From: Eubacteriales bacterium
Lineage (GTDB): Bacteria > Bacillota > Clostridia > Lachnospirales > Lachnospiraceae
DNA: 64,000 nt
NCBI GenBank assembly: GCA_044425575.1
Contig: JAWXVE010000001.1
Location: 13,268-77,267, forward strand
Direction: 5' to 3'
Shown: one piece after another, positions 1 to 8,847 of the stretch
How positions within the stretch are numbered: position 1 is the stretch's first letter
Layout: each line of letters begins with the position of its first letter
Notes under the pieces: model-generated
The model's input: only the letters and a program-made list of their open reading frames with translations
Database searches by the model: none
Told to the model about the DNA's origin: nothing
Program-made: the position numbers and the translations under genes

Positions 1-2
1 GC

Positions 3-500
3 CCAAAATTTCCAGAGCATATGTTCTATGAAGACAATGCGGTGTCCAATGCCTATGTGTTACAGGCCACTAAGTTTGCCTATATTCCAGAGCCTATGTA
101 TTATTATTATCAACATGAAGGTTCTACAGTTCATACTATTACAAGAAAACGGTGTGAGGACCGTATGGCAGCAGCACGTTTTATGCTCAAGCATGGAAAA
201 GAAGAGAATTATTTGGATCGCTACAGGCAAGAAATAGAATATAAATACACTCTATTATTTTACTTAAATACTATATTTTCCTATGTGGTGACTAGTGAAA
301 GACGTTCCCTTACTTTTATGAGACGTATGGCAAGAGAAATGAGGGAAACATTTCCGGATTTTAGAGAGAATCCTTACTATATACAGCGAACGGATCCAGA
401 ATGGAAGAAGTTCGTCAATCTACATATGAAGTCAACCGTACTATTTGTGGTATATTACGATCTTTTGCGAGCGTATCGTAGAATTCGATATGGGGAATAG
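3..500 (+). CDS. glycosyltransferase family 2, C-terminal fragment (5' end outside the window)
   Basis: The reading frame stays open to the window edge upstream of the listed ATG at 21. FYEDNAVSN...YYYYQHEGSTVH resembles the ED...Y.Y..R..S segment after the GT2 catalytic core. Stop TAG is at 498-500. Confidence 0.5.
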   Translation, partial: PKFPEHMFYEDNAVSNAYVLQATKFAYIPEPMYYYYQHEGSTVHTITRKRCEDRMAAARFMLKHGKEENYLDRYRQEIEYKYTLLFYLNTIFSYVVTSERRSLTFMRRMAREMRETFPDFRENPYYIQRTDPEWKKFVNLHMKSTVLFVVYYDLLRAYRRIRYGE

Positions 501-600
501 TGTGAAAATAAATTTTCACACGCAAATTTGTGTCTGCGACCCAAAGTTTGCAGGCTGCGAAGAAAGGCATGGTTATTTAGAGAGAAGGAGCTGAAAATGA
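496..600 (+). repeat. copy A of a duplicated ~100-nt intergenic leader with a perfect palindrome, GTGTGAAAAT-AA-ATTTTCACAC (500-521)
   Basis: AATAGTGTGAAAATAAATTTTCACACGCAAATTTG...CGACCCAAAGTT...GGCATGGTTATTTAG aligns by eye with 36772-36880. It starts at the stop codon of the upstream CDS. The palindrome ends 75 nt before the ATG at 597. Confidence 0.75.
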
Positions 601-1283
601 AAGCAATTGCAATTATTACCGCCAGAGGTGGAAGTAAGCGTATTCCCCGTAAAAACATTAAGAATTTTCTAGGGAAACCCATTTTACTATATTCCATTGA
701 AGCAGCACTAGCAACAGAGTTATTCCAAGAAGTTATGGTATCGACAGATGATGAGGAAATTGCTCGTATTGCTAGAGCAGCAGGTGCAAGCGTACCATTT
801 TATCGAAGCACTAAAACATCAAATGATTATGCAACCACAGCAGAAGTAGTAGGGGAAGTATTAGAGGAATACGAGAAGTTAGGAATGCAATTTGACTATG
901 CTTGTTGTATTTACCCAACGGCTCCTTTTCTTACGAAAGCAAAATTAGAAGAAGCCATGAAGGTGCTAATAGATACAAAGTGTCATACGGTAATGCCAGT
1001 GGTAGCCTATTCTTTTCCACCTCAGCGCAGTGTGGTTGTACGAGATGGGTATTTAGTACCAACTAATCAAGAAGATATGAAGAAACGCTCCCAAGATTTG
1101 GAGCCATATTACCATGATTGTGGACAATTTTATTGGTTGCATGTTCCGGCATTTCTAGAACAGAAGCAGATGATTATGGAGCATACCTGCCCGGTGTTTG
1201 TCAGTGAATTAGAAGTGCAAGATATTGATTCGGATGTGGATTGGAAGCTGGCAGAGTTAAAATATGAGATCATGATTCGATAA
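597..1283 (+). CDS. pseF: pseudaminic acid cytidylyltransferase (CMP-sugar synthetase, NeuA/PseF family)
   Basis: MKAIAIITARGGSKRIPRKNIK is the N-terminal cytidylyltransferase motif. RSQDLEPYYHDCGQFYW and QDIDSDVDWKLAE are blocks typical of PseF. RBS GAAGGAG lies upstream of ATG 597. The ORF-track start at 528 sits inside the repeated leader and was discarded. Confidence 0.75.
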   Translation: MKAIAIITARGGSKRIPRKNIKNFLGKPILLYSIEAALATELFQEVMVSTDDEEIARIARAAGASVPFYRSTKTSNDYATTAEVVGEVLEEYEKLGMQFDYACCIYPTAPFLTKAKLEEAMKVLIDTKCHTVMPVVAYSFPPQRSVVVRDGYLVPTNQEDMKKRSQDLEPYYHDCGQFYWLHVPAFLEQKQMIMEHTCPVFVSELEVQDIDSDVDWKLAELKYEIMIR

Positions 1284-1367
1284 GTAAATAGGAGTAATAG
1301 AAGTAATAGAAGTTAGGAGCTAGCAATTCCAGAGCATTGGACCATGCTCCCCAAGGAGAGAAAGATT

Positions 1368-2609
1368 ATGAAAAAACCGGCAATAGAAGGTGGTACACCT
1401 GTAAGAAATACCAATCTCTATTATGGACACCAGTATTTAGATGAGGAAGATTATCAGGCGGTACAAGAAGTGTTAGAAAGTGACTTTTTAACGTGCGGCC
1501 CTAAGATACAAGAATTAGAGCAGGCTCTTTGTGCCTTGACAGGTGCACAGTATGCAGTAGCAGTCAGCAATGGTACAGCAGCTCTTCATATTGCTTGTTT
1601 GGCAGCAGGATTACAAGAAGGGGATGAATTAATTACCACCCCAATTACCTTTGCTGCTAGTGCCAACTGCGCTTTATATTGTGGTGCAAGACCTGTTTTT
1701 GCAGATATTAATCCCCACACATATAACATTGATCCAGATTGCATTGCTCGTTGTATCACAGAACGTACTAAGGTAGTGGTAGCGGTAGATTACACGGGAC
1801 AAGCGGTAGAATTAGACCGAATCCAACAGTTGTGTGAGAGAGAAGAGTTGATTCTTATTGAAGATGCAGCTCATTCTATTGGAACTAAGTACAAAGGGAA
1901 AATGGTTGGATCCATAGCGGACATGACTACTTTTAGCTTTCATCCAGTTAAGACGATCACAGGTGGAGAAGGAGGAGCAGTTCTTACTAATGATGCAAAG
2001 TTATATGAGAAGCTATTGTTATATCGTTCCCATGGAATTACAAGAGATGAAACGCTCATGGAAGTGGAAGAACCAGAGCCTTGGTATTATGAGCAAGTAG
2101 GTCTTGGTTACAATTATCGAATGACCGATATTCAAGCGGGTCTAATCATCTCTCAACTTCATAAATTACCACGATTTACTGCTAGAAGAAAAGAAATTGT
2201 GGCTCGATATGATGAGGCATTTCGCCAGTTAGAAGGCATACTGATACAAGAGGAAATACCAGAGTCAGATACCACAAGGCATTTATATATATTATGCCTA
2301 CAGTTAGATGCGTTTACCATCACTAGAAGGCAATTTTTTGATGCATTAGCAGCAGAACACATCTGTTGCAATGTTCACTATATACCAGTATATTACTTTC
2401 CGCATTATAAAAAGCTAGGTTATGGCAAAGGTTTGTGCCCCAATGCGGAAGAACTTTATGAAGGAATGATAAGTTTGCCTCTTTATTATGGAATGCATGA
2501 CCAAGATGTAGAAGATGTAATCTGTGCTGTATTAACCATTGCACAATATTATAGTAAAAATATCGTTAAAGAGAGTATTTGTCAGAACAGGAATAGTATG
2601 CTAAAATAG
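1368..2609 (+). CDS. pseC: UDP-4-amino-4,6-dideoxy-N-acetyl-beta-L-altrosamine transaminase (DegT/DnrJ/EryC1 family)
   Basis: DEEDYQAVQEVLESDFLTCGPKIQELE...AVAVSNGTAALHIACLA...ITTPITFAASANCALYCGA...SFHPVKTITGGEGG matches the PseC pattern. RBS AAGGAGAG precedes ATG 1368. It is adjacent to pseB. Confidence 0.8.
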   Translation: MKKPAIEGGTPVRNTNLYYGHQYLDEEDYQAVQEVLESDFLTCGPKIQELEQALCALTGAQYAVAVSNGTAALHIACLAAGLQEGDELITTPITFAASANCALYCGARPVFADINPHTYNIDPDCIARCITERTKVVVAVDYTGQAVELDRIQQLCEREELILIEDAAHSIGTKYKGKMVGSIADMTTFSFHPVKTITGGEGGAVLTNDAKLYEKLLLYRSHGITRDETLMEVEEPEPWYYEQVGLGYNYRMTDIQAGLIISQLHKLPRFTARRKEIVARYDEAFRQLEGILIQEEIPESDTTRHLYILCLQLDAFTITRRQFFDALAAEHICCNVHYIPVYYFPHYKKLGYGKGLCPNAEELYEGMISLPLYYGMHDQDVEDVICAVLTIAQYYSKNIVKESICQNRNSMLK

Positions 2610-2640
2610 TGTGTTATTGCAAATAGAAATGGAGGAAGTC

Positions 2641-3636
2641 ATGTTAGATAACCAAACAATATTAATTACAGGTGGAACAGGTTCTTTTGGAAAAGCATTC
2701 ACCAAGTATGTACTAACTCACTATAAGCCAAAGAAAATTATTATCTATTCAAGAGATGAGTTCAAACAGTTTATGATGGCCAATGAATTTGCACAATATA
2801 AAGAAAAACTACGTTTTTTTATTGGAGATGTTCGGGATAAAGAACGACTAGAAAGAGCCTTTGAAGGAGTTGATTATGTGATTCATGCAGCGGCTATGAA
2901 GCAAGTACCGGCTTGTGAATATAATCCTCATGAAGCAATTAAGACCAATATTACAGGTGCTCAGAATATTATTGATGCAGCACTGGACTCAAAGGTGAAA
3001 AAGGTGGTTGCTCTTTCAACAGATAAAGCAGTTAATCCAGTAAACTTATATGGTGGTACAAAGCTAGTATCGGATAAGTTGTTTGTGGCTGCCAATGCTT
3101 ATGCAGGTAGTAGGGATATTTCCTTTTCCATTGTTCGGTATGGTAATGTGGCAGGAAGTAGAGGCTCGGTGATTCCATTTTTTTATAATCTTATGAAGAA
3201 TGGTGCCACAGAATTACCAATTACGGATTATCGCATGACAAGATTCTGGATTAGTTTAACAGAGGGTGTGGAATTAGTGATTAAAGCCTTAGAAGAATCA
3301 AGAGGTGGGGAGACATTTATCTCTAAGATTCCATCTTTTAAAATTACAGATTTAGCACAAGCCATGAAGCCTGGATGTACCATGCCAGAAGTTGGAATTC
3401 GAGAAGGTGAGAAGTTGCACGAGATTATGGTTACCGTGGAAGATTCTATGACTACTTATGAATATGAGAAGCATTTTATTGTATATCCGCAAATGGTGTG
3501 GGATCGTGCTAAGGAAGTGGTGCCAACTGGCAAGAAAGTGCCAAACGGGTTCTCTTATAGTTCTGATAATAATACTTGGTGGTTAACAATAGAAGAGATG
3601 AAGGAACTCATTCAGACAGTGGAGTTAGAAAAATAA
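2641..3636 (+). CDS. pseB: UDP-N-acetylglucosamine 4,6-dehydratase (inverting)
   Basis: ILITGGTGSFGKAF, FIGDVRDKERL, HAAAMKQVPACEYNP, LSTDKAVNPVNLYGGTKLVSDKLF, VRYGNVAGSRGSVIPFF, MTRFWI and REGEKLHE are hallmark PseB/FlaA1 blocks. RBS GGAGGAAG precedes ATG 2641. Confidence 0.85.
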   Translation: MLDNQTILITGGTGSFGKAFTKYVLTHYKPKKIIIYSRDEFKQFMMANEFAQYKEKLRFFIGDVRDKERLERAFEGVDYVIHAAAMKQVPACEYNPHEAIKTNITGAQNIIDAALDSKVKKVVALSTDKAVNPVNLYGGTKLVSDKLFVAANAYAGSRDISFSIVRYGNVAGSRGSVIPFFYNLMKNGATELPITDYRMTRFWISLTEGVELVIKALEESRGGETFISKIPSFKITDLAQAMKPGCTMPEVGIREGEKLHEIMVTVEDSMTTYEYEKHFIVYPQMVWDRAKEVVPTGKKVPNGFSYSSDNNTWWLTIEEMKELIQTVELEK

Positions 3637-3651
3637 TAAATTTATACAAGT

Positions 3652-3678
3652 AGGGACATACGCATTTCGTATGTCCCT
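3652..3678 (+). other. perfect 11-bp stem hairpin (AGGGACATACG / CGTATGTCCCT, loop CATTT) between pseB and gtrA-like
   Basis: Inverted repeat read directly from the sequence. No U-tract follows it (AAGTAGCAG), so it is not a canonical intrinsic terminator. Confidence 0.6.
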
Positions 3679-3701
3679 AAGTAGCAGACAAAGGAGACTT
3701 T

Positions 3702-4130
3702 TTGAAAACGATTATTCAATCATACTATGTAAAATATGAAGCAATTATTTTATATTTATTCTGGGGAGTCATGGCAACCCTATTAAATATTGTGTTGTAT
3801 GAAATTTTTGCTAATGTCATGGGGATTCATTACGTAGTTGCCAATGCTATAGATTGGGTCTTATGTGTAGCATTTGCCTATATGACCAATCGAACTTTTG
3901 TATTTAAGAGCCAAGTGAAAGGATTTAGAGGGATTGGAGCAGAGATATCTAAATTCGTATCATGTAGAATTATATCAGGAGCAATGGATATGGGAATTAT
4001 GATTCTAATGGTATCATTTCTCCATATTGATGATTCCATTGCCAAGATTGTAACACAGTTTGTGGTAGTGATATCTAATTATATCTTTAGTAAATTATTT
4101 ATATTTAAGAACAAAGAAAGTGCTGATTGA
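3702..4130 (+). CDS. GtrA-family small membrane protein
   Basis: 142 aa with four hydrophobic segments. LFWGVMATLLNIVLYEIF...YMTNRTFVFKS matches the GtrA pattern. TTG start has GGAG 5 nt upstream. Confidence 0.7.
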   Translation: MKTIIQSYYVKYEAIILYLFWGVMATLLNIVLYEIFANVMGIHYVVANAIDWVLCVAFAYMTNRTFVFKSQVKGFRGIGAEISKFVSCRIISGAMDMGIMILMVSFLHIDDSIAKIVTQFVVVISNYIFSKLFIFKNKESAD

Positions 4131-4167
4131 GTGCTAGAATGATCTGGTCAAAGAGGATTGTGATAAG

Positions 4168-5901
4168 ATGAAGGGAAAACAGTTAATACACAAGATAGAA
4201 TGGTATCTCATACCTGTAATTCTAATTTTATATCCAATGAGAAAATGCAACCAAGGAATTGATTTATCAGATACAGGATATAGTCTCTATAATTATGAAC
4301 TATTTCAACAGGCGGAAGTTACTTGGTGGCTTGTGGCAACTTACTTATCTAATTGTCTGGGCAGTATGTTGCAGAAGTTACCTTATGGGGATACTTTGCT
4401 TGGAATGAATTGTTACACTAGTTTATTGATTAGTGCAATGGTTCTTATGATATACTGCTTCCTGAAACAATGGATTCCGTTTTGGCTTGTATTTCTTGGA
4501 GAAATTATGGCCATTCATTTATGCTGGTGTCCAACTGCAATTCTCTACAACTACTTAACCTATTTCTTTTTGACCATTGGGATTATTCTGCTATATGAAG
4601 CCATGAGGCGAGAAAAATATTACTTGTATGTGTTAGCGGGGATCGTGTTAGGGCTTAATGTAATGGTGCGATTTTCCAACCTTACACATTGCACGTTTAT
4701 TCTAGCTGTTTGGTATATGGGATGTTTGAAGAAGTCTTCTCATGGAGTCATTGCAAAGCAGACAGGTTCGTGCGTAGGAGGTTACATACTTGGTATGGTA
4801 ACTGGATTAATTCCTATTGCTTGGAATTATGGAATAGAAGAATATTTCAATATGTTCTTTGGACTGTCTACTGTTGGAGAAAGTGACGGATCCTATGCCC
4901 TAATGGATATGCTTACGAGTACTTTAGTCGTTTATTGGAATAATTTAAAGTGGATTGCTTATATGGCAATTGCAACGTGTGCAGGTGCCATTTACTTTCG
5001 AGTGTGTGGCAATAAGTTCAAACGAGTGAATCAAGTATTATACTGCATGGGGATTATAGTCTTATTTCGTTGGTTTTATGGACAAGGATTTTATAATATT
5101 AATTACCAAACATACGACTCTATTTTACGGCCAACTACTATTTATATTGTACTTACTGTAATAGCTAGTTTCGTTATGATGGGAAGTAAGAAAACAACGG
5201 TAAATGAGAAAACTGGTCTTTGTATACTAGTAATTCTGACGTTCCTATTACCGCTAGGCAGTAATAATTACATTTACTCTGTATTTAATTATACATTCTT
5301 TCTTATGCCGGTTGGATTGTATTTTGCGTATCTTGCCATTAGGCAAACTAAATGGGACTTTCCGGTAAAAGCCATGCTTTTCTTTTTTCTAATAGGACTT
5401 GCTATCCAAAATTGTCTCTTTGGCTTGCTCTTTTCTTTTTCTGGGAGTAATTTTGGAGCACCAAGAGATACTATGGTGACAGAAATACCGAAATTAGCAG
5501 GTATGTATACGGATGATGTTCGTGCTCAAGACTTAGAACAATTATACCAAGTGATTTTGGAACAGGGATATTTGGAAGAAGAGCTCATTACCATGGGAAA
5601 TCTTCCAGCTCTTCATTATTATTTTGATATGGACGCTTATTTAAGTTCTGCTTGGATTGATTTAGATTCCTATACTATGCCGACTTTTGAAGAAGATTGG
5701 CTGGGGAAGGAATCACAAGAAGATAGTCGTCCAGTTATTATTACCAATACAACTATTGCCCAAATCATAGAAGCGGGAAGTCTGGAAACATTAACAGATT
5801 TATACCGCGGTTATGAGAAATATCTGCAAATTATTGATTATATGGAGGAGCATCAATATGAACTACAATTAATCAATAATGAATTTGCCTTATATTATTA
5901 A
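4168..5901 (+). CDS. large polytopic membrane protein with a C-terminal soluble domain (GT-C-like candidate)
   Basis: 577 aa. More than 10 hydrophobic segments are followed by an acidic, roughly 130-aa soluble tail. It sits next to GtrA. No family-level motif was recognised. Confidence 0.45.
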   Translation: MKGKQLIHKIEWYLIPVILILYPMRKCNQGIDLSDTGYSLYNYELFQQAEVTWWLVATYLSNCLGSMLQKLPYGDTLLGMNCYTSLLISAMVLMIYCFLKQWIPFWLVFLGEIMAIHLCWCPTAILYNYLTYFFLTIGIILLYEAMRREKYYLYVLAGIVLGLNVMVRFSNLTHCTFILAVWYMGCLKKSSHGVIAKQTGSCVGGYILGMVTGLIPIAWNYGIEEYFNMFFGLSTVGESDGSYALMDMLTSTLVVYWNNLKWIAYMAIATCAGAIYFRVCGNKFKRVNQVLYCMGIIVLFRWFYGQGFYNINYQTYDSILRPTTIYIVLTVIASFVMMGSKKTTVNEKTGLCILVILTFLLPLGSNNYIYSVFNYTFFLMPVGLYFAYLAIRQTKWDFPVKAMLFFFLIGLAIQNCLFGLLFSFSGSNFGAPRDTMVTEIPKLAGMYTDDVRAQDLEQLYQVILEQGYLEEELITMGNLPALHYYFDMDAYLSSAWIDLDSYTMPTFEEDWLGKESQEDSRPVIITNTTIAQIIEAGSLETLTDLYRGYEKYLQIIDYMEEHQYELQLINNEFALYY

Positions 5902-5921
5902 GAAAGAATGAGACGGCTGTT

Positions 5922-7061
5922 ATGTGGAAAGAAATGATTAACTTTAATGTACCTCCTTTTACAGGAAAAGAAATGGATTATATAAAGGATGCTATCAAGC
6001 GTCAAAAAATTTGTGGAGATGGTATCTATACCAAGAAGTGTCATGAATGGATGGAGAAGCACACAAAGACTGGAAAATCGCTGTTAACTACTTCGTGTAC
6101 CCATGCTCTAGAACTTGCAGCCTTATTAGCCGAGATTCAATCAGGTGATGAAGTGATTATGCCGTCGTATACCTTTGTCTCTACGGCAGATGCTTTTGTG
6201 CTACGAGGGGCAACCATTGTTTTCGTAGATATTCGGCAAGACACCATGAATATAGATGAAACTCAAATAGAAGCAGCCATTACAGAACGAACGAAAGCAA
6301 TTGTTCCAGTTCATTATGCAGGAGTAGCTTGTGAGATGGACATCATTATGGCAATTGCCAAGAAACATGACCTATTCGTAATTGAAGATGCTGCACAAGG
6401 AATCATGGCAACTTATAAGGGACAAGCACTAGGAACTATAGGGGATTTTGGATGTTATAGCTTTCATGAAACGAAGAATTATAGTATGGGAGAAGGTGGA
6501 GCCTTATTGATTCAAGATGAACAATATGTGGAAACTGCTGAAATCATACGAGAAAAAGGAACAAACCGTAGCCAGTATTTTCGTGGAGAAGTGGATAAGT
6601 ATACATGGATGAATTATGGCTCTTCTTACCTTCCAAGTGATATGAATGCTGCTTATTTATATGCACAGCTAGAAGTGGCCGGAGAGATGTTACAAGAACG
6701 ATTGTCTTTATATGAAACATATAGAGCTAATTTACAAGAATTAGCCCAGAAAGGTCATGTGGAATTGCCATATGTACCAGAAGAATGTACACATAATGCT
6801 CATATGTTTTATATTAAGACAAAAGATATGGAAGAAAGAAGTCAGTTGATTGAATTTTTACGAGAACGGAATATTTATGCAGTGTTTCATTATATTCCTC
6901 TACATTCCTCTCCAGCCGGTCTTAAGTTTGGACGTTTTCATGGAGAAGACCGAATTACAACACGAGAAAGTGAACGAATTCTTAGATTACCTATGTATTA
7001 TCGCTTACAAGTGGAACAAGTCAACTATATTTGCGACATGATAAAGGAGTTTTATCAATAA
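5922..7061 (+). CDS. wecE: dTDP-4-amino-4,6-dideoxygalactose transaminase (WecE/RffA type)
   Basis: TSCTHALELAALL, GDEVIMPSYTFVSTADAFVLRGA, VPVHYAGVACEMD, EDAAQG, SFHETKNYSMGEGGALL, EKGTNRSQYFRGEVDKYTWMNYGSSYLPSD and FHYIPLHSSPAG match WecE-type enzymes closely. Confidence 0.8.
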   Translation: MWKEMINFNVPPFTGKEMDYIKDAIKRQKICGDGIYTKKCHEWMEKHTKTGKSLLTTSCTHALELAALLAEIQSGDEVIMPSYTFVSTADAFVLRGATIVFVDIRQDTMNIDETQIEAAITERTKAIVPVHYAGVACEMDIIMAIAKKHDLFVIEDAAQGIMATYKGQALGTIGDFGCYSFHETKNYSMGEGGALLIQDEQYVETAEIIREKGTNRSQYFRGEVDKYTWMNYGSSYLPSDMNAAYLYAQLEVAGEMLQERLSLYETYRANLQELAQKGHVELPYVPEECTHNAHMFYIKTKDMEERSQLIEFLRERNIYAVFHYIPLHSSPAGLKFGRFHGEDRITTRESERILRLPMYYRLQVEQVNYICDMIKEFYQ

Positions 7062-7062
7062 A

Positions 7063-8826
7063 ATGGTGGGAAAAGCGAAGGCGTTGTTACAATTGCATAT
7101 AGATACAACACTTGCAATGGGTGCAACTATTTTGCTAATGGTAGTCCTGGCAAGTGTCTTTGATTTTCGGTATGACTTAAATGATGATGTATTAATTCAT
7201 GATATTCTATCAGGTAATTATACAGGTGTACCAAGTGGTCATAATATACAAATGCTTTATCCTTTAAGTGGTATACTCGCATTATGCTATAGAATTGGGA
7301 GAGCCATACCTTGGTATGGGATTTTTCTTTGCACAAGCCAATTTTTTTGCTTTTATCTCTTGGTGCAAAGGATACTTACTTACGCAGAACATAAAGTTGC
7401 TAAGTATTTCTTATTATTGGTTTCCGTTAGTTTTTTTCTTGTGTTTCAATATAATACATTAGTGGTGGTACAGTATACAGTGGTAGCGGGATTATTGGCG
7501 GCTACTGGGATTTTTCTATTTCTTACAGCACCACTAGTCTCCACCACAAAGGAAATGTTGAAAGTAAACTGGATTAGTCTTGTACTACTCTTGGTTGCTT
7601 ACTGTTTGAGAGAGGAAATTGTCTTACTATTTCTTCCCCTTTTATGCGTAACTGGAGTAATCAAGTGGATGCAGGAGAAAGAATTATGGAAGATGCAAGT
7701 CATTGCAAAGTATGTGGCTCTTATGGGAGCCTTTCTCATAGGGATGCTTCTATGTTTGGGTATTCATTACATGGCCTATGGTAGCCAAGAGTGGAAAACC
7801 TTTCAAGTATTTTTTGACCAACGAACGGATTTATACGATTATGCGACCATTCCAGATTATGAATCCAATGGAGAATTTTATGAATCCATTCAGATGGAAG
7901 AGTCTCAACAACAATTGCTTGTTAATTACAATTATGCTATGGATAGTCGTATTGACGTAGAAGTCATGACAGCGGTTGCAGAATATGCAACGCAAATATG
8001 GCAAGATGCGCATCCTTTTTCAACCCAATTACGGAATAGTTTATGGAGTTACCGATATCGAACTTTTTATATGGAACAAGAAACTCTAACCCAGAGTGAT
8101 TATCCTTACAATTATATGGTAATCATTTTATATGGTAGTATTTTGCTGATGATTGCATATGCCAAATCATACAGGTATTTCTTTGCTATAGGATTATTAT
8201 TAGGTGTTAGAAGTAGCTTGTGGCTGTATTTAATCTATGGAATGAGAACACCAGTTAGAATTACCATGCCACTCTATTATGTGGAAGCGTGTATCTTGTT
8301 GGGAATGCTCCTTTATTTTATGAAGGATAAAATCGTACAAAAATATGGATTTGCCTATGTAATGGCAAGTATTGTATTTCTGGGGGGTATTTGGCAATTT
8401 AGCTATTTATCCAATTGTTTACAAGATACCATTGCATTCCAAGAAGAGCAAGATCAGGTAAATGATGCCATACGTGAGTATGCAAAATCAAACCCAGAGA
8501 ATGTATATTTCATTGATGTATATACCTTCGTTTATTTTTCAGAGGAAATATTCGCAAAGCGTGACAATTCATTAGATAATTATGGTATAATAGGAGGATG
8601 GGCTGCTACAAGCCCAGTAGAAACAAAACGTCTAGAAGCCTTAGATGTATCAGGCATTGATATGGCTTTTATTGAAGAAGAAGGGGTATACTTTGTGAAT
8701 GGCACCCAATATTCTACGGATTGGCTGGTGGCATACTACAAGGATAAGGGCATAGAAGTTCGAGTAGAAGTCGTGGACGAATTGTTAGATGGACAAATAG
8801 AGATTATACAATTACAGAAAGTATAA
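7063..8826 (+). CDS. large polytopic membrane protein with a C-terminal soluble domain (GT-C-like candidate)
   Basis: 587 aa with multiple TM segments, then a hydrophilic tail. Same overall architecture as 4168-5901. It sits directly upstream of a GtrB-like GT2. Confidence 0.4.
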   Translation: MVGKAKALLQLHIDTTLAMGATILLMVVLASVFDFRYDLNDDVLIHDILSGNYTGVPSGHNIQMLYPLSGILALCYRIGRAIPWYGIFLCTSQFFCFYLLVQRILTYAEHKVAKYFLLLVSVSFFLVFQYNTLVVVQYTVVAGLLAATGIFLFLTAPLVSTTKEMLKVNWISLVLLLVAYCLREEIVLLFLPLLCVTGVIKWMQEKELWKMQVIAKYVALMGAFLIGMLLCLGIHYMAYGSQEWKTFQVFFDQRTDLYDYATIPDYESNGEFYESIQMEESQQQLLVNYNYAMDSRIDVEVMTAVAEYATQIWQDAHPFSTQLRNSLWSYRYRTFYMEQETLTQSDYPYNYMVIILYGSILLMIAYAKSYRYFFAIGLLLGVRSSLWLYLIYGMRTPVRITMPLYYVEACILLGMLLYFMKDKIVQKYGFAYVMASIVFLGGIWQFSYLSNCLQDTIAFQEEQDQVNDAIREYAKSNPENVYFIDVYTFVYFSEEIFAKRDNSLDNYGIIGGWAATSPVETKRLEALDVSGIDMAFIEEEGVYFVNGTQYSTDWLVAYYKDKGIEVRVEVVDELLDGQIEIIQLQKV

Positions 8827-8847
8827 TGATACAAAGTGAGGAAGGCC

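Noticed and set aside
500-521. Reading TGTGA...TCACA in the palindrome as a CRP/cAMP-receptor-type site, or the palindrome as an intrinsic terminator
   Set aside because: CRP sites have TGTGA-N6-TCACA, whereas the spacing here is 10 nt (copy A) and 12 nt (copy B). As a terminator, the stem is AT-rich and is followed by GCAAATTTG rather than a U-tract. Neither standard label fits.
532-555. Second small hairpin in leader copy A (GTCTGC...GCAGGC)
   Set aside because: The pairing, which includes one G-U, is not preserved at the equivalent position of copy B (ACCTTA...ACCAGA). It is probably not part of a conserved structure.
528-596. N-terminal 23-codon extension of the PseF-like ORF listed in the ORF track (MCLRPKVCRLRRKAWLFREKELK...)
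   Set aside because: It lies entirely inside the duplicated noncoding leader and has no RBS. The conserved cytidylyltransferase N-terminus MKAIAIITARGGSKR begins at ATG 597, which follows a GAAGGAG RBS.
1293-1319. 9-nt tandem duplication AGTAATAGA AGTAATAGA (AGTTAGGAG) between pseF and pseC
   Set aside because: This is a real direct repeat, but it is only two exact units of purine-rich, low-complexity sequence next to an RBS-like AGGAG. I see no evidence of function beyond spacer sequence.
10-1337. 11-mer TTCCAGAGCAT shared between 10-20 and 1327-1337, with ATTCCAGAGC also at 84-93
   Set aside because: The matches are short. Two of the three copies are in coding sequence in an unrelated context, and there is no extended flanking similarity. 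This is probably chance.
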